A stretch of 64,000 nt of DNA from Macrostomum lignano (Eukaryota). The stretch lies in the NCBI GenBank assembly GCA_002269645.1, contig NIVC01000847.1:62001-126000 (forward strand), given 5' to 3'. Numbering within the stretch: position 1 is the first letter of the stretch; every line of letters starts with the position of its first letter. Below are positions 27,166 through 40,945 of this stretch, piece by piece. A program made the position numbers and the translations under genes. The notes beneath the pieces are model-generated. The model did not search any database. It was not told where the DNA came from and worked only from the letters and a program-made list of their open reading frames with translations.

Positions 27166-28148
27166 GTCAGCCGCAACAACAGCAGCAGCCGCAGCAGCAG
27201 AACCCGCTCACCACTGGCTACCGGCCCCCAGCTGGCCACCACGGGTCGTCGGCAAAGTCACGTCGTTCGACCAGCTCCGTCGCCGCCGCCGCTGCCGCTG
27301 CAGCTGCCGCTGCCACGGACGCAAACGACGCCTTGGACGGTGTCGGAGCGACGGCGGGGGAGCCGGCGACCGATGCGTCGGACGTGAGCGACCCCATTGG
27401 GCCCGGAGGCGATCATGTCGACGATGAGGATGCCGCTGCGGCGTCCGCGATGCTGGACGACGACGTCGACATGGACGACGAAGACGACGATGGCGTCGGC
27501 GGCGGCGGCGGCCTCGACGACTCAAAAGACGACGATGCCGCCGACTGTCGGGACGGCTCGACGGCCTCCGGCCTGGCGTCGCTGAAGCGGAAGAAGAAGA
27601 CCCGGACGGTGTTCTCCCGGTCGCAGGTGTTCCAGCTCGAGTCCACATTCGACATGAAGCGCTACCTGTCCAGCTCCGAGCGGGCCGGCCTGGCCCACGC
27701 GCTGCAGCTGACGGAGACTCAGGTGAAAATTTGGTTTCAAAACCGGCGCAACAAGTGGAAACGGCAGCTGGCCGCGGAGATCGAAGCGGCCAACTTGGCG
27801 GCGGCGAACCTGGTGGCGGCCAACCGCATGGTCCGCGTGCCCATCCTGTACCACGACCAGAAACCGCAGAGTCCCAACGCTTCAGATGCAGAATCCAACG
27901 CTGGCAGCGCCGCTGGTAACGCCGGCTCCGGTGAAGGTGTCGCCAGCGGCAGCGGCGGCGTTGGCAACGGCGGCAGCGGCGGTGTCAGCAGCGGAGGCAA
28001 CGGCGGTGCCTCCGCCACTAAGGCGGCAACAACGTTTGCCTCGGCGTCCGGCCCGACGTTCTCGGGCCCGTTCCCCAATCCGCTCTACCTGAGCGCCCCC
28101 GGCTTCAGCTCGCCAATGCGGCCTGGCGGACTTCCCGGCATGGTTTGA
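27166..28148 (+). CDS. Hmx: Hmx/Nkx5 homeobox gene, exon 2 (homeodomain about 27588-27767)
   Basis: [60 protein letters not shown] followed by the HMX-specific [10 protein letters not shown] and [10 protein letters not shown] motifs; acceptor TTTTAACCAGCAG| (27163 alternative). Two exons total 566 aa; AATAAA at 28787. Confidence 0.96.
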
Positions 28149-28219
28149 CTGCGTGACTGTTGGCCGGGGCGCCCTTTGACTTGGAGCTTATCGCTTGCTC
28201 GCTACAGCTCTCTGAATGC

Positions 28220-28605
28220 CTGCCCCGATAGCACCCACCCCAATACTCTGAACCCCTACCCCTGCCCCGATAGCACGCACCCCAAAACCCTGAACCCCTA
28301 CCCCATGCCCCCGATAGCACCCACCCCAATACTCTGAACCCCACCCCCTGCCCCCGATAGCACGCACCCCAACACTCTGAACCCCTACCCCTGCCCCGAT
28401 AGCACCCACCCCAACACTCTGAACCCCCTACCCCTGCCCCGATAGCACGCACCCCAACACTCTGAACCCCTACCCCTGCCCCGATAGCACCCACCCCAAC
28501 ACTCTGAACCCCCCTACCCCTGCCCCGATAGCACCCACCCCAACACTCTGAACCCCTACCCCTGCCCCGATAGCACCCACCCCAACACTCTGAACCCCTA
28601 CCCCA
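28220..28605. repeat. About 42-bp C-rich minisatellite (CCCTGCCCCGATAGCACCCACCCCAACACTCTGAACCCCTAC), Hmx 3' region
   Basis: Tandem units between the Hmx stop and AATAAA at 28787. Confidence 0.9.
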
Positions 28606-29269
28606 GTAGCATACACACCAGTTCATGCTGATCAGAAGAATAATATTGAATGCATATTGGTACATGCATATAGTATATGCACACAAAAGTTAATACACAC
28701 CTATATATTACTGACACACTCATAGCCCGCATACATTGATCCAACCACCCTCAGCGCTGTCTGGCTTAAACTTTAAAAACTTTTTTAATAAACATTTTTG
28801 CTTAATATTATTCGTTAACTCTGTAGTTTCTTGAATTAACTTAAACTATGTTTTGTTCTTTTCATGGCTTCTCTCTGCATAGCCTAACGCCCCTGTGTCA
28901 CTGTTGTGAACCAACAAGAGAATTAAAAATGCGATGTTTTAGTATTTGCTTCTATTCTTGTATTTACTTTTTTATTATATCATTCGGAAAAGCCGTTCGG
29001 TCGGTTCGGACAAATTGACACACATGTAAATTGTTTAAAACAAAATTTCATTCCTAAATGCCTCTCTAAGCTCTTAATATTGTTGCGTCATTCTTTAGTC
29101 AACTTCATGCTTTGGTTTAACAGCGGAGAAAGCGCGTATCCATGATATTAATATATATAAATATGATCTCAAACATAAATATAAACTTGTCGACTATATA
29201 TTGTGTTCTATAACTACGTTTTCAGCCTTTGAAATAACAAATAATTTAATTGATTATCAGATAGATATA

Positions 29270-30348
29270 GAATGGTATAAGCGCGCACTGGTATAAGCGC
29301 ACAGTCGCACACTGGTATACGGGCGCACTGGTATAAGCGCACACTGGTATAAGCGCACACTGGTATAAGCGCGCACTGGTATAAGCGCACACTGGTATAA
29401 GCGCGCACTGATATAAGCGCACACTGGTATAAGCGCACGCTGGTATAAGCGCACAGTCGCGCACTGATATAAGCGCACAGTCGCACACTGGTATACGGGC
29501 GCACTGATATAAGCGCACACTGGTATAAGCGCGCACTGGTATAAGCGCACACTGGTATAAGCGCACACTGGTATAAGCGCACGCTGGTATAAGCGCACAC
29601 TGGTATAAGCGCACACTGGTATAAGCGCACACTGGTATAAGCGCACGCTGGTATAAGCGCACAGTCGCGCACTGGTATAAGCGCACGCTGGTATAAGCGC
29701 ACACTGGTATAAGCGCACGCTGGTATAAGCGCACGCTGGTATAAGCGCACAGTCGCGCACTGGTATAAGCGCACGCTGGTATAAGCGCACGCTGGTATAA
29801 GCGCACAGTCGCGCACTGGTATAAGCGCACGCTGGTATAAGCGCACACTGGTATAAGCGCACGCTGGTATAAGCGCACGCTGGTATAAGCGCACAGTCGC
29901 GCACTGGTATAAGCGCACGCTGGTATAAGCGCACGCTGGTATAAGCGCACAGTCGCGCACTGGTATAAGCGCACGCTGGTATAAGCGCACACTGGTATAA
30001 GCGCACGCTGGTATAAGCGCACGCTGGTATAAGCGCACAGTCGCGCACTGGTATAAGCGCACGCTGGTATAAGCGCACGCTGGTATAAGCGCACAGTCGC
30101 GCACTGGTATAAGCGCACGCTGGTATAAGCGCACACTGGTATAAGCGCACGCTGGTATAAGCGCACACTGGTATAAGCGCACAGTCGCGCACTGGTATAA
30201 GCGCACGCTGGTATAAGCGCACACTGGTATAAGCGCACGCTGGTATAAGCGCACAGTCGCGCACTGGTATAAGCGCACGCTGGTATAAGCGCACACTGGT
30301 ATAAGCGCACGCTGGTATAAGCGCACAGTCGCGCACTGGTATAAGCGC
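29270..30348. repeat. 16/24-bp composite minisatellite (CTGGTATAAGCGCACR plus AGTCGCGCA variant)
   Basis: Tandem units in higher-order arrangement. Confidence 0.95.
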
Positions 30349-31004
30349 CATTAGTGCCAAATATTGTTTCATGATTTGTCAATCTTTTGGTCCAGCTTAA
30401 TGAGTTTTGAGTTCCGCTGCACCCTATGCCAAACTCTGTGCTATAAAAGTGCGCTCTTATGCAAGCATCCCAACTTCTTTGATCAATGCTTTCTAGACTT
30501 TTTCATCACTGACAAAGCGGTTCTATCATGTTACTCGGGCTTCGGAAATTGGCTCTCTTTAGTCAGTCGCAGATTCTAACTCCTTAATTAGTGTTGCAGA
30601 GTTCTAAATCATCTACCTGGTCAGGGGGAGGGGGGTAGGTGGGACTCTTGCGGATATAGAATCGACTTCCTGTCTCCTGTCAGCCCATTTTGTCTCGCCC
30701 GCTTGGCCACACTTGGACAGCTCAAGCCGGCCAATAAAAGGAGGTGAATTAATTGGGGAAATTAAAAATAGGGAACAGAAAAATTGAAATCTGATTGCCC
30801 GGAGGGTGACGGGCTGCGGAGCGGCGCAGAGATCGCTTGAGAGATAGGCAGCCGGCAGAGGCATTCCCACTGTTGTCTTATCTGGGTGCTTCATCATTTT
30901 TAATTATCAACTCGACTGTGCTCAACTCTGTAGGTACAGATTGCTTTTTGCACCTTTTTTGCTTTCCTTACTGCGTCTGGCTTTTGCTTTGTAATTTATT
31001 AACT

Positions 31005-31500
31005 CTCTCTCCTCTCCTCTCCTCTCCTCTCCTCTCCTCTCCTCTCCTCTCCTCTCCTCTCCTCTCCTCTCCTCTCCTCTCCTCTCCTCCCCTCTCCTCT
31101 CCTCTCCTCTCCTCTCCTCTCCTCTCCTCTCCTCTCCTCTCCTCTCCTCTCCTCTCCTCTCCTCTCCTCTCCTCTCCTCCCCTCTCCTCTCCTCTCCTCT
31201 CCTCTCCTCTCCTCTCCTCTCCTCTCCTCTCCTCTCCTCTCCTCCCTCTCCTCTCCTCTCCTCTCCTCTCCTCTCCTCTCCTCTCCTCTCCTCTCCTCTC
31301 CTCTCCTCTCCTCTCCTCTCCTCTCCTCTTCTCTCCTCTCCTCTCCTCTCCTCTCCTCTCATCTCCTCCCCTCTCCTATCCTCTCCTCCCCTCTCCTCTC
31401 CTCTCCTCTCCTCTCCTCTCCTCTCCTCTCCTCTCCTCTCCTCCCTCTCCTCTCCTCTCCTCCCCTCTCCTCTCCTCTCCTCTCCTCTTCTCTCCTTTCT
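31005..31500. repeat. (CTCCT)n pentanucleotide microsatellite
   Basis: About 500 bp of CTCCT. Confidence 0.97.
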
Positions 31501-32624
31501 TCTACCCTTCTTTGCTCTATTCTCCTTTCCTCTACTTTCCTTTCCTCCCTCCTCTCCTCTTTTATCTCACCTCTCTTTAATCCTCTCTATCTTCTCTCAT
31601 TCTAAGTCGCATCAATATCTCTTCCCACTGTTGCTAGTCTCATTCCAATCTCAATCATAGAAAAATCCAGCCAGACCAAGCGTCAAAAGAAGGCGCCGAC
31701 AAAGCACAATAACTTTCGCAAGAGACTTCGACAGTTTCAACACCCGCAAGTTCGATTGTTTTTTTGCAATCGATTTAACGCCAAAACATAACGAAACTTC
31801 GTAAGCTGATCTGCCTGCGTGTCCCCCTCCTTGATGGAGGAATCAATTCCGTTCTCTGCGCTGCTTCCGCCCCCGAAGCAACCTGAATCAATCGAGTTTC
31901 GAGCGGGTCACGCAGGTGGTTGATGAAGATTCAGAGGATTGTATGAGAGGCTGGGAAGAAGACTAGCTTAGGTGCGAATTATCCAGTGATTACCGTCACA
32001 CGTTGAAAAGCCATCTGATGCTCGAACTGATGCTCGGCTCTCGGGTCCCTACTTAACAAGGCCGCTAAATCAACGTAATTAAGAGCGTAGAAAGCCGAGA
32101 ATGCCTGTCTTTACCTGGCTTTTACAATCGGCAAATCTTGCCTTAATGAGGCCTCAAACAGGGCAGGGCATTAATCCCCCCCCCCTATAACCCACCCCCA
32201 TGACTGATGATGGAGGAGGCCGGGAGGAAAAAAGGCAGTCCCTGCTGCTTATCATCGAGCTCTCAGTTGCATCGCGACAAACCAATCTCTGAATGCCTTA
32301 ATCTCACTGTCCCCTCGTCTCCACTCCGCTCACCTTCTTAATTAGTCAATGTTTCGAACTGGAAAGGAGCTTCCCAGCCCCGCACCTTGGGAGTAGCTGA
32401 GACGGTGAGACGGGAAAAATTATATGACTTGGTTAGTCCAGCCCACCAGCGAAGATTTAACTAGAAATCGGTTTGACTTTTTTGATCAATTAATTGTAAA
32501 TCATTGCGTCTCCTCTCCTTCAAGCAGCTCATTGCTCATTTATTAGACATTCAAATGTGTAAATTTGCTAAATAAAAATACTCGTAAAATCTTGATCATG
32601 GTGTGATGATCTACGGACTTTGCA

Positions 32625-33150
32625 GACTGAGATCTAGAGGCTGTTTAGATTGTAATCCAGAGACTAGACATGTGATCTAAAGACTGTGATCTAGAGACTA
32701 GACAGTGACATCTAGAGACTGATCTAGAGACTAGACAATGACATCTAGAGACTGTGATCTAGCGACTGTGATCTAGAGACTAGACACTGGCATCTAGAGA
32801 CTGTGATCTAGAGACTGAGATCTAAAGACTGTGAAGATTGTAATCCAGAGACTTGAAATTAAGTGTCAAGACTAGAGACAGTTTTAGAGACTAGACACTG
32901 AGATCTAGAGACTAGACACTGAGATCTAGAGACTAGACACTGAGATCTAGGGACTAGACACTGAGATCTAGAGACTAGACACTGAGATCTAGAGACTAGA
33001 CACTGAGATCCAGAGACTGAGATCTAAAGACTGTTATCTAGAGTAATTGATCTAGAGACTGTGATTTAGAGAATGTGTAGACAGTGATCTAGAGAATGTG
33101 TAGATAGTGATCTAGAGACAGTGTCGACTGTGATCTTGCGACTGGCGACT
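32625..33150. repeat. Degenerate AGATCTAGAG-core repeat (ACTGAGATCTAGAGACTAGAC)
   Basis: Irregular tandem units. Confidence 0.85.
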
Positions 33151-33819
33151 GTAGAGACTCAATATTATCTTCATAAAATATCGCAAAAAAGTTTTCTAAC
33201 AAAAATCTTCAAAAAATGGTTTGTCGCAATTCAAGCAAGCTGGCCACGTGCTGCAGGGGGGAAAATCTGAAACTGCAGCAGACAACCGTCCCTCGGGGGA
33301 GAATGGGATAAAAATCCTCTTAGAAGCGCACGCGCCATCATTGAGCGATTGAGCAGAGAGAAGGTATTGAGTTCACGGTAGTCACAGCAGACAAGAAAGA
33401 TTAGTAGATGATGACGATTACGATGAAAAAAGGCTTAAGGGTCTGGATGCGCATCCTTCAATTGCCTGTCTGTCTGCCTTCCTAGGCTCTCCTCTTTGAT
33501 TCTTCTGTTCCCAATAAGCTTTTCCATCGTGGGGTATTGTGTTTAGCGCAAACTTTTGGCCAAAACCCCCATCATTACCAGCCATTGTGGAACACACTTA
33601 ACTCATGGGTATCGGGTTGCAGTGGGGATGGCCGGTGGGTGCAGCAAACCAGTTGGCAGTTCAGTTTCCAAGCAGGATTAGCCACTGCAACTTGTACTCA
33701 ATCGTTGATTTACTCAACATGATCAACAATCAGCATTTTGGCATTAACATCTGAATGAACCAACTTTTAACACTTTATAGCTCTCAATCAATGACTAATC
33801 ACCTCCTGAGTTCACATCT

Positions 33820-34378
33820 AGACATAAATATCGCTCGGATCTAGGCACAAATATCGCTCAGATCTAGGCACAAATATCACTCAGTTCTAGGCACAAATAT
33901 CACTCAAATCTAGACACATATACCACTCAGATTTAGGCACAAATATCACTCAGATCTAGACACAAATATCACTCAGCTCTAGGCACAAATATCACTCAGA
34001 TCTAGACACAAATATCACTCAGCTCTAGGCACAAATATCACTCAGATCTAGACACAAATATCACTCAGATCTAGGCACAAATATCACTCAGATCTAGACA
34101 CAAATATCACTCAGATCTAGGTACAAATATCACTCAGATCTAGGCACAAATATCACTCAGATCTAGACACAAATATCACTCAGATCTAGGCACAAATATC
34201 ACTCAGATCTAGGTACAAATATCACTCAGATCTAGGTACAAATATCACTCAGATCTAGGTACAAATATCACTCAGATCTAGGCACAAATATCACTCAGAT
34301 CTAGACACAAATATCACTCAGATCTAGACACAAATATCACTCAGATCTAGGCACAAATATCACTCAGATCTAGGCACC
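33820..34378. repeat. 23-bp minisatellite (CACAAATATCACTCAGATCTAGG)
   Basis: Direct tandem units, period 23. Confidence 0.95.
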
Positions 34379-35067
34379 AGTGCAGTTGGAACATCTCTCA
34401 AAAATCTAACAGCACAGCATCATTTGATTTTGTAAACAGTGACTGCTCAAGAGAGAGAGAGAGCGTGAGAAACCGGAGACACACTCGAACCTGCCCACTC
34501 GCTGTTCAACTGCCACACCGGCGGGCTCCTACTCTTTGTGTTGTCCTACCTACCTACCCACCTACCCAGCTACTTCTCCAACAAAAGATAGCGTGACCGC
34601 GGCTAAGAGACATCAGAGCCGGCGCAGATTAACAAGTTTAGAGTTAAAAGGGAGCTGGTTGTGTGCGCCGGCATAGCATCAGGGCAATATGATCTGGTTT
34701 GTTGAATCGCCTTCCCCCCTCGAGGTATTTCACACCCTGCCGCGTATCGAATCTGGATAATCGAGCAAAGCAAAGGGGAGGAAATGCACATCGATACAAA
34801 AAACTATCTTTTTGAGATTGGGACCAGCTCGAAAATCCCTAGGATGTCGTGACGGGACTGCTCCGATCGGAAGCCGCTAGTCTGAGTGCATTGTATCGGT
34901 TCTGTAGGGCTCTTCATCTCTTTCTCTTTGTATTAAATTTATTGGGGATTGAGTTTACAAAGAGATTCGAGTTTCCCTGCCCACCTCCGCATGCCATCGT
35001 TGATAGAAAATCCAATTAATTTGTTATTTTGTTAGTTTTGACACTTTTAACAGTTGGGCTTGTCGCT

Positions 35068-36060
35068 GTGGATATTGTTGTGAATGTTGTGGATATTGTT
35101 GTGGATACTCTTGTGGATATTGTTGTGAATGTTGTGGATATTGTTGTGGATATTGTTGTGGATACTCTTGTGGATATTGTTGTGAAGTTGTGGATATTGT
35201 TGTGGATATTGTTGTGGATATTGTTGTGGATACTCTTGTGGATATTGTTGTGAAGTTGTGGATATTGTTGTGGATATTGTTGTGGATATTGTTGTGGATA
35301 TTGTTGCGGATATTTTTGTGGATATTGTTGTGAATGTCGTGGATATTGTTGTGGATACTCTTGTGGATATTGTTGTGGATATTGTTGTGAATGTTGTGGA
35401 TATTGTTGTGAATGTTGTGGATATTGTTGTGAATGTTGTGGATATTGTTGAGAATGTTGTTGTGGATATTGTTGCGGATATCTTTGTGGATATTGTTGTG
35501 GATATTGTTTTGGATATTGTTGTGGATATTGTTGTGAATGTTGTGGATATTGTTGTGAATGTTGTGGATATTGTTGTGGATACTCTTGTGGATATTGTTG
35601 TGAATGTTGTGGATTTTGTTGTGAATGTTGTTGTGGATAATGTTGTGAATACTCTTGTGGATATTGTTGTGGATATTGTTGCGGATATTTTTGTGGATAT
35701 TGTTGTGAATGTTGTGAATATTGTTGTGGATACTCTTGTGGATATTGTTGTGAATGTTGTTGTGGATATTGTTATGAATGTTGTGGATATTGTTGCGGAT
35801 ACTGTTGTGGATATTGTTGTGGATATTGTGGATATTGTTGCGGATATTTTTGTGGATATTGTTCTGAATGTTGTGGATATTGTTGCGGATATTTTTGTGG
35901 ATATTGTTGTGAATGTCGTGGATATTGTTGTGGATACTCTTGTGGATATTGTTGTGGATATTGTTGTGGATATTGTTGTGGATATTGTTGTGGATATTGT
36001 TGTTGATATTCTTGTGGGTACCCTTATGGATATCCTTGTGGATATTGTTGTGGATATTGT
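35068..36060. repeat. 12-bp minisatellite (GTGGATATTGTT)
   Basis: Tandem units with 9-bp variants. Confidence 0.95.
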
Positions 36061-36797
36061 TACACATATTTTTGTGGCAACTTTGTGTTGATTCTTTTGT
36101 GACACAATTTATTTTGACTGTCAATTATTTCAGTGATGAGTGAATTAGCAAATGACTATTTTGAGTCACTTATTATCTCGTACCCCGTGTTGCCTTCAAC
36201 GCAGGAGGATCGGAGAAGTAATTACGCTTACAGACTGCTTTGCCGGTCCAATTAAAAGGCATCGGTTGCAAGATATTAAACTTGATTTCCTCAAAGCTGA
36301 CAGGAAAAGCATACACGGGAGACCATGATTGCTTTCGTGTGTGTGTGTTTTTTCCCGAAAACTCCAAGTCATATTTCAGCTCCTTGCTCGGTGGAAAAGC
36401 AAAAGCAGAGAAATTAGAGAGGCCTTCGTGTCATTAGCAGATTGTTGCTAGCCAGGGTAATCAGCCGGGGCTGTTAGCAACCATTTAAGCCTTCATCCGG
36501 GGGAGGAGGAAGCTTCCCCAAAATCCCCAGCTGCACTGACACCGCACTCCGTCCTTCCCTACCCCTCCGGCCGCAGCCCATGTTGAGGGTCTGATGATTT
36601 TTATTTTCATCCTTAATCTAGCCAATGATTTCTTCTGCAAAAGAGACTTTAGCGGCTGATTTGCTGGGCCCTGCTGCTTCCTGTTCGGTTTCTCAATCTC
36701 AGAAAATCTCAAAGGTGACCCGTCGGCCTCTCTGCAACCGGCAGGGTTATTTTCATTTTCTAAGTAATTTCTTCAATTACACAAATTATTCCTTTTT

Positions 36798-36833
<36 letters not shown>

Positions 36834-37089
36834 TCCGCGCTAATCTTTCCGCTTCTTTCTTCTTCTAGTGGAGTGAGTGGCAGAAGCTTCTCCTCTAGTT
36901 TTAACTTTCTCCTCTGTTCTCCCCCCTTTGTGCCTCTTTGTTACCTAAGCAGCCGCGCTAATCTCTTTCATTGGATTGGAAGATCCTCAGAAATTTTCTC
37001 AACTTGTGCCACACCTGTGTCGCTTTCTGCTCGGGAAAAGGCGGAAAGTTGGTTGACTTTGCTGCAACAACTGGGGGCTCCCGGTTGGC

Positions 37090-38940
37090 GCCGTTTCACT
37101 TCCATTTGACGCCATTTGATTTCCATTTGACTTCCATTTGACTTTAATTTGACCGACCACCACTTGACGCCATTTGATCACCACTTGACGCCATTTGATC
37201 ACCACTTGACGCCATTTGATCACCACTTGATGCCATTTGATCACCACTTGACGCCATTTGATCACCACTTGACGCCATTTGATCACCACTTGACGCCACT
37301 TGATCACCACTTGACTTCCATTTGACGACCACTTGACTTCCATTTGACTCCCATTTGACTCCCATTTGACTCCCATTTGACTCCCATTTGACTCCCATTT
37401 GACTCTCATTTGACTTCCATTTGACTCTCATTTGACTTCCATTTGACGCCATTTGACTCCCATTTGACTCCCATTTGACTCCCTTTTGACTTCCATTTGA
37501 CTTCCATTTGACTCCCATTTGACGCCATTTGACTTCCATTTGACTCCCATTTGACTTCCATTTGACTCTCATTTGACTCCCATTTGACTCTCATTTGACG
37601 CCATTTGACTTCCATTTGACGCCGTTTCACTTCCATTTGACGCCATTTGATTTCCATTTGACTTCCATTTGACTTTAATTTGACCGACCACCACTTGACG
37701 CCATTTGATCACCACTTGACGCCATTTGATCACCACTTGACGCCACTTGATCACCACTTGACGCCATTTGATCACCACTTGACGCCATTTGATCACCACT
37801 TGATGCCATTTGATCACCACTTGACGCCATTTGATCACCACTTGACGCCATTTGTTCACCACTTGACGCCATTTGATCACCACTTGATGCCATTTGATCA
37901 CCACTTGACGCCATTTGATCACCACTTGACGCCATTTGATCACCACTTGACCCCTTTTGACGACCACTTGACTTCCATTTGACTCCCATTTGACTCCCAT
38001 TTGACTCCCATTTGACTCCCATTTGACTCCCATTTGACTCTCATTTGACTTCCATTTGACTCTCATTTGACTTCCATTTGACGCCATTTGACTCCCATTT
38101 GACTCCCATTTGACTCCCTTTTGACTTCCATTTGACTTCCATTTGACTCCCATTTGACGCCATTTGACTTCCATTTGACTCCCATTTGACTTCCATTTGA
38201 CTCTCATTTGACTCCCATTTGACTCTCATTTGACGCCATTTGACTTCCATTTGACGCCATTTGACTTCCATTTGACGCCATTTGACTTCCATTTGACTCT
38301 CATTTGACTTCCATTTGACGCCATTTGACTTCCATTTGACGCCATTTGACTTCCATTTGACGCCATTTGACTTCCATTTGACTCTCATTTGACTTCCATT
38401 TGACGCCATTTGACTTCTATTTGACGCCTTTTGACTTCCATTTGACGCCATTTGACTTCCATTTGACTCTCATTTGACTTCCATTTGACGCCATTTGACT
38501 TCTATTTGACGCCATTTGACTTCCATTTGACGCCATTTGACTTCCATTTGACTCTCATTTGACTTCCATTTGACGCCATTTGACTTCCATTTGACTCTCA
38601 TTTGACTTCCATTTGACGCCATTTGACTTCCATTTGACTCTCATTTGACTTCCATTTGACGCCATTTGACTTCCATTTGACTCTCATTTGACTTCCATTT
38701 GACGCCATTTGACTTCCATTTGACTCTCATTTGACTTCCATTTGACGCTATTTGACTTCCATTTGACTCTCATTTGACTTCCATTTGACGCCATTTGACT
38801 TCCATTTGACGCCATTTGACTTCCATTTGACTCTCATTTGACTTCCATTTGACGCCATTTGACTTCCATTTGACTCTCATTTGACTTCCATTTGACGCCA
38901 TTTGACTTTCATTTGACTCTCATTTGACTTCCATTTGACG
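37090..38940. repeat. 10/21-bp composite minisatellite (CCATTTGACT/CCATTTGACG; TTGATCACCACTTGACGCCAT)
   Basis: Tandem units including an internal block duplication offset by 531 bp. Confidence 0.95.
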
Positions 38941-40304
38941 CTATTTGACAGCTACTATTTATTGACTTGCATCTGCATAACCCGTATTGAATTACAAACT
39001 ATGAAATCTTTCATAATTTTTGAGATTCTAAAGTCAAACAGAGTTTTTTGCAGACTAAATAAACCAACAACAAATTTTAAGGAGGCATCTCTAACTCGGC
39101 TTCTTGTCCAATGGATAGAATTGCAAAGCTGTGCAAACTGATGCCCAATGTATCTCAGACAGCAATAATCACTGATATACTCAACTCAGCGATCAGTTAA
39201 GCTTTAATGGGCCGAGTTCTGAGCACCCCGCGGGATTCTTGAGACAATTGCGTCTCAGAATTATTCGGGAGGAGGAGTGGCTGCTCAAAAGCCTCGATTT
39301 GATGGCCTCGAATTGCAGAAGCAGAAGACTAACTGCACGCGAAATTGCTTTGGCATCGGATAGCATCGATAAGATGAATAGTGGGGGCACTTAATGCACA
39401 GTTTTTGGCTCTGAGACAATAGGGGTACTTTTATAATAGATTCATGGACAGCTCAAATAGATGGACACCGCTTCCTCTAAAGTGTGGGAAATTCCCCGCC
39501 CTAATCGTGGATTTAATTCCCTTACAGTGTGAGAAATACCCCGCCCTCGTCATGGCTGAAATTCACAGTTTCAAATGCCGAACTGATTGCAGAAGCCGAG
39601 TCAGGAAGTGAAGGAAGTTGGCCTGAGCAGGCCTGAAGAAGAAATTGAGCCGAATTGAAAATTATGACGTCCGTCTGCTTGTTGAAGACCCGCGCTCTCC
39701 GGGTTATTAACGGCGCAGAAATCTGAAAGCAACATGCAACAATATACAGATGAAGAAATTTTCCTTGCCGATGTTGCTTTCGCAGGAGACAGTCGGAGAA
39801 ATGGAAGGGCCTTCCGGAGATGTTTCCCCAACTCATCACCCGGAGCTGATAGGGAGGCCCGAGATCCGTGATTGCAGTCTATTAGCCATCATTCCAGCTG
39901 ATTTGATGAGGCCAATGCCGCTGATGCCTTTTCCCAATCCCCCATAGTCTTTCTTTCCTTCTTTCCTTCAAGCAATCGGCACGGCCCTCTCCGGCGCTTC
40001 GCAGCGGGACGCCAGCCGAATCCATCACTTGGCAAGCACGAATCCTGGCCTGAGATGAAGGGTGCCATTCACTCACATCTGTGTGTGTGTGTTTGGTTTT
40101 TTGGCGACTCTGCAATTTAATCCGTTTAATTAGATCCTGTTATTATTTTAATATTGAGCTCGGCTTGGGAGCCTTGGGACATCAAGAGTCTGGCACAAGC
40201 AGATCGAGGCACGCTTTATTGAATTTGTTAAGCTTAGTTACCTGCTGCCTTGTGTAATCACTTTTTTCTGGGATTCTCAGCCTCGGTTGATCGCGGGGTG
40301 ACTT

Positions 40305-40945
40305 TCACTCCTCCAAGCCTGTAACTCCCCAAGCCTCTCACTCCTCAAGCCTGTAACTCCTAAGCCTGTCACTTCTCAAGCATGTAACTCCTCTCAAGCC
40401 TGTCACTCCTCATGCCTGTAACTCCTCAAGCCTGTCACTTCTCAAGCCTGTCACTTCTCAAGCCTGTCACTCCTTAAGTCTGTCACTCCCCAAGCCTGTC
40501 ACTCCTCAAGCATGTAACTCCTAAGCCTGTCACTTCTCAAGCATGTAACTCCTCTCAAGCCTGTCACTCCTCATGCCTGTAACTCCTCAAGCCTGTCACT
40601 TCTCAAGCCTGTCACTTCTCAAGCCTGTCACTCCTTAAGTCTGTCACTCCCCAAGCCTGTCACTCCTCAAGCATGTAACTCCTCAAGCCTGTCACTCCTC
40701 AAGCCTGTCACTCCTCAAGCATGTCACTCCTCAAGTCTGTCACTCCATAAGTCTGTCACTTCATTAGTTTTTTACTCCAACAATTAATCTGTCACTCCAT
40801 TAGTCTGTCACTCCATAAGTCTGTCACTCCATTAGTCTGTCACTCCATAAGTCTGTCACTCCATTAGTCTGTCACTCCATTTAATCTGTCATTCCATTAA
40901 TCTGTCACTCCATTAATTTGTCACTCCATTAGTCTGTCACTCTTT
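40305..40945. repeat. 16-bp minisatellite (TGTCACTCCTCAAGCC grading to TGTCACTCCATTAGTC)
   Basis: Tandem units. Confidence 0.9.
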
